Shown piece by piece: positions 31,761 through 43,967 of a stretch of 64,000 bases of DNA (its first letter is position 1; every line of letters starts with the position of its first letter). Below the pieces are notes generated by a model, which searched no databases, was not told the origin of the DNA, and was given only the letters and a program-made list of their open reading frames with translations. The position numbers were made by a program, and so were the translations under genes. The stretch is from Chara braunii. Lineage: Eukaryota > Plantae > Charophyceae. The DNA lies in NCBI GenBank assembly GCA_003427395.1, contig BFEA01000036.1:1348425-1412424 (forward strand), written 5' to 3'.

Positions 31761-33575
31761 ATGAATATTGAGATCCCTTTTCAAATTACGGACCGTGAGT
31801 GTCTGAGGGATCCGGAATTCCGAGAGTATTGGGAATACGTGTGTTTGTCTGCACGACCAAGGAGAGAACTTCTCGATTTCCCATACCCGGTGGGAAACAA
31901 ACGTATCTGCGAGTGGGATATCGACCGAGCCCACGAGCGCATTCCCCACCACCCTGAATTCCCCAGCTCGTACACGTGCCACCTTGTTGCGGAACCATGG
32001 ATAATTATTATTGAAACCGACTTCCCTCCCTCTATGTATCCCCCCAGGCCGCGGTCACCGCGGGCATGACTGCGGCCCATGCGGTCGACCGCGAGCCCGC
32101 GGTCATGACCGCCGCGGCCGCGGTTGAAAAAGGTTCGCCGCGGGCGAGGGGGAGGGGGTACTGGAGGTCGGGGTCGGGATTCCGGGGGCGCACCCCAGGC
32201 CCCATGCCCCCGCATTGAAAAAAAACCAAAAAATTTAAAAACGGGGGGGTCNNNNNNNNNNNNNNNNNNNNNNNNNNNNNNNNNNNNNNNNNNNNNNNNN
32301 NNNNNNNNNNNNNNNNNNNNNNNNNNNNNNNNNNNNNNNNNNNNNNNNNNNNNNNNNNNNNNNNNNNNNNNNNNNNNNNNNNNNNNNNNNNNNNNNNNNN
32401 NNNNNNNNNNNNNNNNNNNNNNNNNNNNNNNNNNNNNNNNNNNNNNNNNNNNNNNNNNNNNNNNNNNNNNNNNNNNNNNNNNNNNNNNNNNNNNNNNNNN
32501 NNNNNNNNNNNNNNNNNNNNNNNNNNNNNNNNNNNNNNNNNNNNNNNNNNNNNNNNNNNNNNNNNNNNNNNNNNNNNNNNNNNNNNNNNNNNNNNNNNNN
32601 NNNNNNNNNNNNNNNNNNNNNNNNNNNNNNNNNNNNNNNNNNNNNNNNNNNNNNNNNNNNNNNNNNNNNNNNNNNNNNNNNNNNNNNNNNNNNNNNNNNN
32701 NNNNNNNNNNNNNNNNNNNNNNNNNNNNNNNNNNNNNNNNNNNNNNNNNNNNNNNNNNNNNNNNNNNNNNNNNNNNNNNNNNNNNNNNNNNNNNNNNNNN
32801 NNNNNNNNNNNNNNNNNNNNNNNNNNNNNNNNNNNNNNNNNNNNNNNNNNNNNNNNNNNNNNNNNNNNNNNNNNNNNNNNNNNNNNNNNNNNNNNNNNNN
32901 NNNNNNNNNNNNNNNNNNNNNNNNNNNNNNNNNNNNNNNNNNNNNNNNNNNNNNNNNNNNNNNNNNNNNNNNNNNNNNNNNNNNNNNNNNNNNNNNNNNN
33001 NNNNNNNNNNNNNNNNNNNNNNNNNNNNNNNNNNNNNNNNNNNNNNNNNNNNNNNNNNNNNNNNNNNNNNNNNNNNNNNNNNNNNNNNNNTCACCGCGTT
33101 GTAGGTCTCTTCAAACCCTACAACCCCTTTTTTTTTTTTTTTTGTCCATTATTAATTTTTTTTTAAATGTTTGAAATTCTCAGCCGCACCAACCTCAGGG
33201 GCCGACCTCAGCGGTCGGGATCCCGACCGCTGGCCGAGATTGACCCCGCGGTCATGACCGCCGCGGTCATGACCGCGGGGGATACATAGCGCTCCCTACC
33301 ACCGTGTACTGCCCTTCCACTCGTTGACCATCATCCCCTGGCATGCCAAAGCTCCATATTGGCCCCAACCCCCGTGTTCGGAGTGCTTGCAAGACCGTGA
33401 GTACCGAACCTCTGGCTTCATCCGGCGAACCCGATCGGAGGAAGAACGACGAGCGCACAGCCTCCGGCTGCGGCCATCTGCGTCAGACTCTGAGACCAGT
33501 AACACACGACGCCAACAAGTGGTCGGGCAACGCGATAGCCATAGTGTTCCACCGAAGCACCAAGTACGAGTCTGA
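31761..33575 (+). pseudogene. Unknown ~180-aa ORF (join 31761-32031, 33298-33575) split by a DNA element
   Basis: Removing 32032-33297 gives ..IIETDFPP-YHRVLPFHSLTIIPWHAKAPYWPQPPCSECLQD.. with no stops. Confidence 0.6.
32032..33289. mobile_element. Non-autonomous TIR DNA transposon with 8-bp TSD
   Basis: TIR CTATGTATCCCCC / GGGGGATACATAG. TSD CCCTCCCT (32024-32031) versus CGCTCCCT (33290-33297), 7/8 match. Subterminal CCGCGGTCATGACCG motifs; centre is a gap. Confidence 0.85.
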
Positions 33576-34589
33576 CCCAGGCGATGGAACCAACCGAGGT
33601 GGTAGCTCCACACTCAGACATTGACTCGCGCCTACCCTTTTACATCCCTACCCCTGAAACTTGGCACATAAGATCTCAGTTCCGACCTGGGACTCCACCC
33701 CCACTTTCCAAAAATCCTTGGCACACCCTTTTCACACTTCCTGTCCCACTCCCACTCCGATAAGGAAGTCGCGCAGGGCGTGAGGTTTGGGCATCACAGC
33801 GCAGGAAAGCCGAGAGGAAGGAGGCCGAGGAACGTGCAGAGGCTGAACGGGTGGCGGCGGTTCTTAACAAGAAGAAGAAGGAAGAGAAGTCGTGCAAAGA
33901 AGTTGACATCAAGGAGGAGCTTCATAAAAGCTTGGATGCCAGAATGGTTGTTCGGGTTGGCAAACTCCATGAGGATGTACGTGAAGACAAGAGATTCGGG
34001 ATGCTGTCGGTGACCTGTGTTTGGCGGTATCCCGTGGTAAGTGGAAGAAGGTGGATTCTGCAGTGCCGGCGGAAGAGAGTAGCGCGAGTAGCAACAAGAC
34101 TGAGGAGTTGAATCTGCAGACAAGGAGATTGTGTATCATTGAGAAGAGGAAACGTGGGCCTGAAGCAGTCTTCAAAGGCAGTTCCCCGATGGAGCTGCCA
34201 CCTAAGCGTACACCGAAACGGGGATCCCGACCTGTTGGGTTTTCAGGGAGACCAGTACACCTAAGAAGACTCCTCCGTGCTACCATTGGTATTGTCGGAC
34301 GATTGAGATTTGAGAAACGGGTATTGAGCGACCTTAAGAATTTGGACGCACTCGTCCTACAGAACATCTGCAAAGATGAAGGGATACCGTACAATGGTAA
34401 GTTTGAGGCTATTTTTGATATCGCTGCTCATGGCACACACGTTGCGTACGACAGGAACGATGACGAGGACGTGATTGCGACACCGGTTGTGGGCACTGAT
34501 GTATCCGTTGATGACGGTGGGGTGAATGACAAGGAGTGACGTGCTTTCAGTATTGCTGACTTGTGGTGCATTGTTCATTGTCTTACGAA

Positions 34590-36209
34590 TTTATGAACCT
34601 TGATTGATGTGGTCAATGCTCGTATTGAGGAACTGCTTAGGCTTGTGATCGTTAATCTCTCACTTTATGGGGCTATTCGTTGGACATGTAAATGTGTGGA
34701 TTCTTGGATTTGGATCTTTGAGACTTTTGGACTAGATTTCTTCAATATTAAGTCTAGTGTATATGTGGCAGTTTCGCCTTACTGCAAGTCGCAGTATGTT
34801 GGCAAGACGACGAGACATCTAAACGTCCGTTGGCGTGAACGCTGTGAACACATCTATGCATCTAGGAATCATTCCCCGAATCGTTTCTATCGATGGCTTG
34901 GTTGCTTTGGTGTTCAGAACTATGTTTTGGTACTCGTTGATACAATCATCAATGACGAGTTGACTAAGCTCGAGCTCAGGGGGTGTACATTCGCCAGTGG
35001 TCTCCTTTCCTGAATACGTTTGGCGTTCGAAGGAGTGGGCGACAGATTGATAAGGGCAAGTTGCTTGGTAGGAAGCAACGATCACGTTGAGGTAAGTCTA
35101 CCCAGGAGGTCCAGCGGGTTATAGCACCTATCCGTTTTTGCCTAACCGAGTCGAATGATTGGCGTTTGGATTTGTTCGAGCTATTAAAAAGTAATGAAAC
35201 TGCTGGTGCTCACCGTATTGAGAGGTGTCAGTGGGGTGAATACGTGGCAAACACCTTGGAAGAGCATCGTTAAGAAGTTCGACGCTACCAACGTGGTGCT
35301 TGCGATTTCCAGGATACAGCGACTTGGGCGTCCGACTAATCTCACTGCACATTGCTATTATTTCAAGGATATGTTTACATTGTTTAGCAGATTACCCCAT
35401 GACGACATCTTGAAGGCGGTACGATGGTTACTGGACCATCATTCGAGCAAGGGCCGGAGTTTTGTTAGAGTCAACACGAGAGGTCGTGGTGTTTCCTTCA
35501 GTGATACTACCAGAGCCGATCATTGGAAGCTGATTGAGTTTGGTGATTTGCTAAAGTTTGTGACCATTGACTTGCGGCACACCTATACGTATGCTACGAC
35601 GGTTTTGCTCAGGCAAGACGTAGGGATACCTATGGGAAAGAGCACTAGCCCTCCTTTGGCGTGCATCTTGTGCGCTTTCTCGGAGAGTATGTTTTTGCAC
35701 AGTCTGGGACGGTATGCCTAGTATGTGTGTGGTATTCGGTTGGTGGATGACGTAATGCTTGTAGTTGCATCTCTTACTGGAAAAACTTTGGATTGGGTGG
35801 TACATTGTTTTTTGAAGTGCTATCCGCGTAATCTCACCTTGAAACGAACGGATGCAGGGGATGGGATTTTGGACGTCCTGGGTTGTGAGGTTGGGTGTTC
35901 AAACACCTATCCTTACCTCGGGAGTGTTCAACTTTCGCGCAATGAGACTAGCTTGTGGACACTGACAGGGCAGTCATTCTTCTCTTGGGGCAGTAAGCAG
36001 CAAAAAGTGCAGCGATTGCTAGCTACCTCCATCAGATCGATCAGAACACCTCGATTCGGTGTGAAATTCCCGGGCGTGTGCTGTCTTTAAGGCGCGAGCT
36101 TAGAAGGAAGGATGTCCCGGCTAGTTTTTTCGAGAGGACTTTGCGCAGATTTGCTTTTCGGCGTGGACTGATCTGGAAGCAGACTATGGAATTAGTAAAG
36201 GGTTGGTAA
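34590..36209 (+). pseudogene. GIY-YIG endonuclease + reverse transcriptase (ORF2 of the Penelope-like element), disrupted
   Basis: SSVYVAVSPYCKSQYVGKTTRHLNVRWRE (GIY-YIG); RT motifs FKDMF..LPH, QDVGIPMGKSTSPPLA and RLVDD. Stops and frameshifts; it appears too short, so probably internally deleted. Confidence 0.88.
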
Positions 36210-36220
36210 ACAGTCGGACA

Positions 36221-36810
36221 GGGTTGTGCCAGTCTCACCAAGTATCGTCGTGTTTTTTAGACCGAGTGTTCGCATATAGTCGGCAGTACTGTAGTTTTGT
36301 TCCTTGGTCTTGTTCTTTGGCTGGACAGGGTCCTTTTGTCAGTTTGGGTCAGACTGGGCCCTTTGTCTATGACGGTTCGGGTAGGATTAGTTCATGACCC
36401 CTCCAGCGGTCCCTGGACCTTAATCAGCGGCAGATGGTTTGGGATTTAAGACTTTTGTGTGTTTGAGTAGGATACCCGGACCTGGCCGGTACCGGGCCTG
36501 GTAGTGGGTAGCATGTTTTGACACTGTACCAAGCAGACATAGACTATGTAGTGTGTGGGCACGACTTTCTCGACATCTTACGGAACGCTCACTGCCGTTT
36601 GCGGCGGTGATCGTTGGGTACGTGGATCGTTGGGTGGTTGCTGGGATCGTGGAATGTCAATTTGCCATGATTTTCGAGGTTTTTTGTTCTTACACACTAT
36701 GCTGTCCAGTCACCCGCTTCTTGGTGTGTGTTGACTTCCAGTCACCCGCTTCTTGGTGTGTGTTGACTTGACTCGCATGCGTTCTTGAGATGTGATACGA
36801 TGCTGCTGAT
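36221..36810 (+). repeat. Right pseudo-LTR / 3' UTR of the Penelope-like element
   Basis: Starts 12 nt after the ORF2 stop; direct repeat of 25215-25778. Confidence 0.9.
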
Positions 36811-37059
36811 GCTGTTCACATTAACAAAAAAAAAAGAAAAAAAAAAGAGACAATCTAGGCTACCAGCCGGGGGGCCCGGGTGACTTTGTTTTCCCGGGCA
36901 GCCCATCCGTGCAAGGCCAAAGTGCAAGGAAAATGAGCAATAGCGAGATGACAATGTCCAGAATGCACAATCACATTGAAGGCCAGACAGTATCACAGTG
37001 TCCAGAAAGCAGAAATACACCAATATAACACCAATGAAGAATCGTAACACTGAAAACGA

Positions 37060-37790
37060 ATGTCAATGAGAGCTTGCTCTCGCCACCACCAACATGAGTG
37101 TCCAGGCCCTATCTCCCTACTTGGCGCTCACGCCCAGCCTACTTCCTACACAGCTACAGTCTGCCTACTAATTGACAATGCAACTGTTGACGTCAGCAGC
37201 CCACGAAGTAATTGAAGATGTCACCCAATGCAGACCATTGCCAATACCAGGTATGTGCCCTCACGTCATCATCATCATCCTTCTCTCTCTCCCCTGACGT
37301 ACTCCCACGTCTTCCCTCTGTACACCCAAAGACCACCCCTGCGCTTCACTGTAGTCCACGCCCATCCAGCTATGGAGGCTGGGCTATGGCGCTGCCCTCA
37401 GCAGCGCCCTGCTTCCTGCACGACCGCACACGCTAGCACCTTGCCTCTCAGCACCAGCGGCAGCCTACGAGCATCCGCTCCAGCAGCGCTGCCGCCAGCA
37501 TGCAAGTGCTGAATGACTGGCCAGCCAGCGAGCTCTTCCTACATGGAAAGAGCCTGCCTCCCTTGGCGGCCTGGCTGGCCTGGGCCTCTGCCCAGAAGCT
37601 TCCGGTAGGCCCCAGGAGGCTGTGCCTTCGATGCAGCTGCAGGGCCTCGTTCGGTTGGGCCTCCCAACTATACGTGTATGAGGCTGCGATTCTTGCCCAG
37701 GGCCTTCACTTTGGGTTCTCCCGGTTCCCATTTGTAGTTTTTGGTGAACCAAATGTCAGCGGCCTGCGAGGCCACAGGAGTACCCTTTTT
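37060..37790 (-). mobile_element. Diverged fragment of the Gypsy A/B terminal region
   Basis: Patchy similarity to ~12810-13400 and ~57080-57600 (TGGCGCTC..GCCCAGCCTAC, ACCAGGTA.GTG, TTCCTA.ATGGAAAG). Boundaries approximate. Confidence 0.55.
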
Positions 37791-39040
37791 GAGACCACTT
37801 CAAGAGGTGGTCTGAAATTCTCTTTTCGATTTTTTCATTTTTCAAAAAAAGAAATTGTAAAAACTCGTGCAGTTCCGAAGTCTTTTTTTTTTTCTTTTTT
37901 TTTTATACAAAAAACACGTGCTCCATCTATTGGTGGGGAGCAGCACCTGCTGGAAACCGGGTCCAGCGTCCCATAGATACAACCATATCCTCTCAAGACG
38001 TAGTACATTGCCAGGTATTTCCAATTTCCAATTTTTCTTAGCCAAGCCGGGTGATGGCCCCGGTATCTCAATTTCTCAAAATTCTATGTAAATTTTCATA
38101 TGGGACGCTGGGCCCGGTTCCCAGCACGTGCTGCTCCCCACGAATAGATTGGAGCTTTGTTCCCAAAAAAAAAAAAAAAAAAAAAGACAGCCCCCCCTGT
38201 TATTTCCGCATTGAAAAAAAAAAGAAAAACTTTTTTTCTTTGGGTGAGGTACTGCAGGAGTACGTGCACTTGGCTTGGTGTCCAACTGGGTGGGTAGGAA
38301 CTCTGTCCTTCCTGGACATAGGGCGTCGTTCGACACACCTCGGGGACGTGATTTCAAGGATTTCGTCTTCGTTCTACCTGTCCTCGGAGCCAATTTTCGA
38401 AACCGAAATGTGAAAACACTCCCGAGGACAAATCCTCGGGCTCCAAGGATTTTCCAGCCAGATCGTCCTCGGGCTCCAAGGGACCTCGCGAGGTCCCTCG
38501 GAGTCCGAGGATCCGCGATAATCGGGGTGTCGGCGGCGAGTCCAAAAGGGAAATTGGTGGCCGGAGGTGGTCCAGTGCTGGTCCTCCGTGTTGAAGACGG
38601 ACATCGCGAGGCGCCAACGTCCAAAACGTCCACGAACGGCCTCGTCTTTTTACCGTTGTCGGGGATTGGCGGTACGTCCCTGTCGGTTCGTCGGGCGGCC
38701 CCATGGCGGTGCCGTGCTGGGCATCGAACGTTTTCGGGCGGGTCGTGGAGGTGTCGTAGCGTTCCCGCGGGCTGCCCAATGGTTGGAAACACGAATTTCT
38801 TTAACCGTCCACCCCCGCCCGGTGGCTGCAGCAATTTCTTACATTGTCATCTTCCCTCGTGCAACGTGTGTCTCCGGGCGCCGCAATCGCGGCAGCCAAG
38901 TGCGTCCCCTCTCCTTCATGGCTGACGTGTGCCGCAGGCTGCCTTTGTTGCTGCTTGCTGTTGTCGTCTTTCATATCTGCATCCTCGGTCGCGTCCCTGG
39001 GAGGAAGCATAGGCGCCAAACGACGAAGGAGACCAGGAAG

Positions 39041-40532
39041 ATGGAGAAGGTGCAGACGAAGACGACGATGTCCGTAGGGGCTGGCGGGTCGTCACGTCAG
39101 CGTTGCAGCTCTGCGGAAGGCGGCAGGCGCCCGTACGACCCGACGCTGTACAGCCACCTGCCGTCCCACGAGATTCCATTGCCTCCGAGTGACGACGACA
39201 GCAACGAGCCCCGATCATCAGCAGTTCCTCTGGGCAGCGGTTCGACGCAGGATTGGATGGGGAGCCAGCTGTACAGATAGCCCTCGACGCCGACGTACAC
39301 TGATCTGCTGGAGGGGCGGACCCCAGTTGGTTATGACGGAGGGCTCGTAGATCTCAGCTTCGGTTTGAGGTCTGGGAGTGGCCAGGACGTCACGCACACC
39401 GTTCTCGTGAACCCGGGTTCTTCCAGCAACCACACAGCGCCTTCGGTGGGGCCGTGTGGCCTTCCTGACACCCGCGGCCGGGGTTGTGGTCAGTCGGGCG
39501 ACGAACGTGGACTCGTTTCGCGAGGGCGGACGACAGTGGGCACAGCAGGTGTTCGTGCGGAGGGGACGAGGACAGGTGGATCGACAACGGCAGGCGGCGC
39601 AGTCCACCGAGGAGGGGATGACGCTGACGGCTACGCTGCGGAGGTCGCGGGGCGAGAGGTTTGGGATGATTATCGGCGACAATCGCGACAATCTAGCACG
39701 TCCGCCATAACGAGAGGGGTGGCGAAGATCAATGTACGGGCGGACGACACACCCGGCGATTGCGACGGCGCGGGTGGTGAAGATTTGTCGGCAGGCGACG
39801 GGGGCAACGACAACGACGACGACGACGACGGGGAGATGGAGATTCGTCCGCTGGGGAAGAAACGGGGAGGGCCGAGGGCGACGAGCAAGTCCAGCGAGCC
39901 GCGCGCGGGGCGGAGAGGCAAGAAGACTGCGGGAGATGCATTGGCAGGCGACGGAGCGAAAAGCAGGGATTTTTGGACCGTGGAACACATGATTGCTCTT
40001 GTTAGAGCTAAAAGAGACCAGGATTTGCATCTTGCTGGCCTCGGCCACAACATGGGAAGGATGAAGACGAAGACATGGAAGTGGGCCGACATCGAGAGCA
40101 GGCTCGTGCAGATCGGGGTGACGACTAAAAAGGCCGATGACTGCGGGAAAAAATGGGATAACCTATACATGCAGTTCAAAATTGTGCACAAGTTCATGGG
40201 AGAATAGGGGAAGCCTGATTTCTTCTCACTGGCGCCGCGAGAGAGAAAGGAGCGGGGGTTCGATTTTCGGATGGACGAGCGTGTGTATTCGAAGATGATG
40301 GCCATGTCCAAGGGCGATCACACTATACAGCCCACAAATCTGGCGGACACGGGTGCGGCGGGAGGTGTTCAACTGCCAGGCCGGACTGGAGGTCGGAACG
40401 AATCAGGCGGTAGTGACGGATGCGGGGATTGGCAGGACGACGATCAAGGATCAACGCGAAATTCAAGTTTCAGCGGCGGTGCTGTGGGCGGGTGCGGCAA
40501 AAGGAAGAATGTGAGACAACAGACCTTCGACA
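39041..40532 (+). pseudogene. Harbinger Myb/SANT (trihelix) DNA-binding protein; two in-frame stops, runs into a gap
   Basis: FWTVEHMIALVRAK..KTWKWADIESRL..KKADDCGKKWDNLYMQFK. One frame from 39041 with TAG at 39278 and 40205. Confidence 0.88.
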
Positions 40533-41912
40533 NNNNNNNNNNNNNNNNNNNNNNNNNNNNNNNNNNNNNNNNNNNNNNNNNNNNNNNNNNNNNNNNNNNN
40601 NNNNNNNNNNNNNNNNNNNNNNNNNNNNNNNNNNNNNNNNNNNNNNNNNNNNNNNNNNNNNNNNNNNNNNNNNNNNNNNNNNNNNNNNNNNNNNNNNNNN
40701 NNNNNNNNNNNNNNNNNNNNNNNNNNNNNNNNNNNNNNNNNNNNNNNNNNNNNNNNNNNNNNNNNNNNNNNNNNNNNNNNNNNNNNNNNNNNNNNNNNNN
40801 NNNNNNNNNNNNNNNNNNNNNNNNNNNNNNNNNNNNNNNNNNNNNNNNNNNNNNNNNNNNNNNNNNNNNNNNNNNNNNNNNNNNNNNNNNNNNNNNNNNN
40901 NNNNNNNNNNNNNNNNNNNNNNNNNNNNNNNNNNNNNNNNNNNNNNNNNNNNNNNNNNNNNNNNNNNNNNNNNNNNNNNNNNNNNNNNNNNNNNNNNNNN
41001 NNNNNNNNNNNNNNNNNNNNNNNNNNNNNNNNNNNNNNNNNNNNNNNNNNNNNNNNNNNNNNNNNNNNNNNNNNNNNNNNNNNNNNNNNNNNNNNNNNNN
41101 NNNNNNNNNNNNNNNNNNNNNNNNNNNNNNNNNNNNNNNNNNNNNNNNNNNNNNNNNNNNNNNNNNNNNNNNNNNNNNNNNNNNNNNNNNNNNNNNNNNN
41201 NNNNNNNNNNNNNNNNNNNNNNNNNNNNNNNNNNNNNNNNNNNNNNNNNNNNNNNNNNNNNNNNNNNNNNNNNNNNNNNNNNNNNNNNNNNNNNNNNNNN
41301 NNNNNNNNNNNGGGACAACGGAGGACAGGGGCGCCTCAACCATGGACGTCCTGTGTGATTTTGTGGGGGTGGCGGGCGACGGAAACGTGCCGGGGTCTTT
41401 GGACCTCCACCATGGTCCTTCTGCGCGCCCACACGCGTTGTTGGCCATACGACGGATCACCACAAGCCTTCGGGAAAAAAACGGTCCGTGTACGATCGGC
41501 CAGGGGGCGGGCTGTTGTGGACGGCGTGGCGTGTACACGGTGTGCGGCGTTGGCGCACCGCGTTGAAAAGGAGATTGTGGGCCGCAGTCCGTATGGCAGT
41601 ACTCCATTGTCCACGTCACCAACGGTGTCGTCTGATCACTGATTCCTCGCCGCAAGCCAGCACTTCCCACCCTTTGCGCCTCCACTCTCAAGCTTTGTGC
41701 ACCGCGTGCAGTCCCCCCTCACGCGCCGCAATCACGTGCTCTTTTTTCTGTGGCCATAATCGTCGCGGCTCCTGCCCACCACGACTGCGCATCGTCCACG
41801 TGCTCCTTCGTCGACGTGGCCGTCGTCGATCTCCAAGCGTCGTACTTCCACGTGCTCCTTCGTCGACGCGCTCCTTCGTCCAAGTGTTCGTCGTTGCGGA
41901 GTTGCGGACGAC

Positions 41913-43522
41913 ATGGCCCCGAGGAACGCATTTGCGAAGGCCAAGCAAAATAGCGGGGCGGGCGACGAGGGGGAAACCAAGAGAGGCAGAGGGCACATCC
42001 CTAAGCCGAAAAGGGAGCGCGTTGAAGAGTCGAGCTCCGAGCACACTGCAGACTTCCAGCCAGAAGAAGTGGTGATGGTGGACGCGCAAGGTACTTCAGC
42101 GGCGCCGCGATTGGGTTTCGGGCGAGATGGGTTGACGAGGGAACAGGTGTCCGCTGTGAAGCAGAGCATTGCTGTTGGTGCTGCCGGGGCGTAGCAAAGG
42201 ACCTCGAAGGCGGCAGCGGTTGTCATAACGGAGGTGCGCGTCCCGAGGCAACTTCCCGCGGCGACGGGGAAGGTCCAGCCACGTCAGCCACTTCCACTGC
42301 AACAGTTGGAGGCTTCGGGGGGGGGAAAGCACAGCCCGCGCAAAAGGGCGATGCAACGGCGATCGGCACTCGGACGGCGGCGGCGGATCGCAGTGGTAGA
42401 ACCAGAGTTGCCGAAGGTGCGGGCGAGGAGAGGGTAGACGACGTCCGCAACGACGTCCGCCACGACGAGGGAAGAAGAGACGGAAAGCGGGAGGGCGACG
42501 ACGACGACGACCGTCCACTTGTAACGAGGTTGAAGGGAGACGCAAAGGAGGATGGTCTGGAGGAAAGATCGAAGTTGTGGGTTGATTGCGACTCTTTCTG
42601 GGGTCAGGGACCAGGGAAACCCTTGAGGGAGGCGGTTGGCGAGTGCGCGGACTACTTCATCGCAATCGCCAACGGAGACGCGGGAGCTGAACCGCCTGCG
42701 ATGCTCATACTGCCGCCGAACGACGTGCCGCGCTTCAAGATCGACAACCCTGCTCAGCGTGGACCGGCTCTGCGCAGAGCGCGCAACGTCGAGAAACTGG
42801 TGCTGCGCGTCATCCACGGCTAGATCTTCAAATCGTCGTCGCAGTCGGCTGGATTCGCTCGTCCAGAGTCGTACATCACTGTCGACATTGCCACAAACGT
42901 CGCACGAGCAGTTTGGAAGGGGCAGGAATGGTCGAATGTGGTGTCCCCTGCACTCGTGTACCACACTCTGGCGATGAAGATGGACGTGCCTCTGTGGTTC
43001 GCGGGGGTGAAGATTGTGGATCGGCCAGAGGACGACGACATGGCGGTGCGGCAGGAGGCGACAGTTCTTCGCATCGCGGAGTGCTGGACAGACGCAATGT
43101 GGTGTGGACAATGGGCAGACGACGGGCGCGTGAAACAAGAGAGGTTGTCTAGGCTTGCGGACTGTCTTCGAGCGTTGTTGAGCGCGTGCATGTGGATCAT
43201 GCGCATGGGTGGTGACGACGACCGTTCGCACTACGAGGCGTGCCTTTGCTCGTCCCTGGTCGCCAAACCGACAATGATAGCGGCGGCGTCGTACATCTTC
43301 AACTGGCGGCGACACATCGTCGACAGCGCGAACCTCGTCTTGGATCGTATAGGGAAGGCTCACCTCACGCTGGGAGAATACCCACACTGCATTCCGAAAT
43401 GGTGTGACTGCGGGTTGGTGTTCGGCCACAACGCGGCCCTGAAAAACGTGGCGGAAGCCGCGAAACACGGATGGATTGGCAGCGGGCCTGCGGCGGAGGA
43501 AGTGGGAGACGAGGACGGTTGA
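41913..43522 (+). pseudogene. Third coding region in the Harbinger element: low-complexity N-terminus plus a ~330-aa Trp/Cys-rich domain of unknown function
   Basis: 42530-43522 is a single frame with one TAG (42821) and protein-like composition. The upstream part needs a frameshift. Confidence 0.7.
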
Positions 43523-43967
43523 CACGTGGGTGCGTCCGTGGCGCAGCGTCAAGGTGCGGTCGAGGCGACTCGAACAGCGTCTGGTATCGAGTGTCGTCAT
43601 GTATAGGTCAGGTTGCAGTCGTAGTTGTGCATGTGTAGTGAAGGATGCTTTCGTTTATTTTGTGTCATTATTAGGTGATTGGAGCGCGCTTGGTACGCTT
43701 GCTCCGCTGCAGGGTTAATTGGGTCGGCGGACTGCTCTGCCGAAATGTGCGTAGACGGCAGGACAAGTCGGTGTGTAGTGCGGAACGCTAGAAGTGTCGA
43801 TAGTCAGACAAAAGGGGGAATCATCGCCGATGCGATTGATTATATGTAATATGAACTCAGTGAAATGTGTGTTGCTTTTTCCATGTCTTGTGTTTGCATG
43901 CAAAAGATTGCGCACGGAGTCACACAAGAAGATGCGGACGACGATGCGATGGCCATTCACGCGTGCG

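Noticed and set aside
42284-43600. 438-aa minus-strand ORF
   Set aside because: Antisense shadow of the GC-rich plus-strand coding region; Arg/Val-rich with no motifs.
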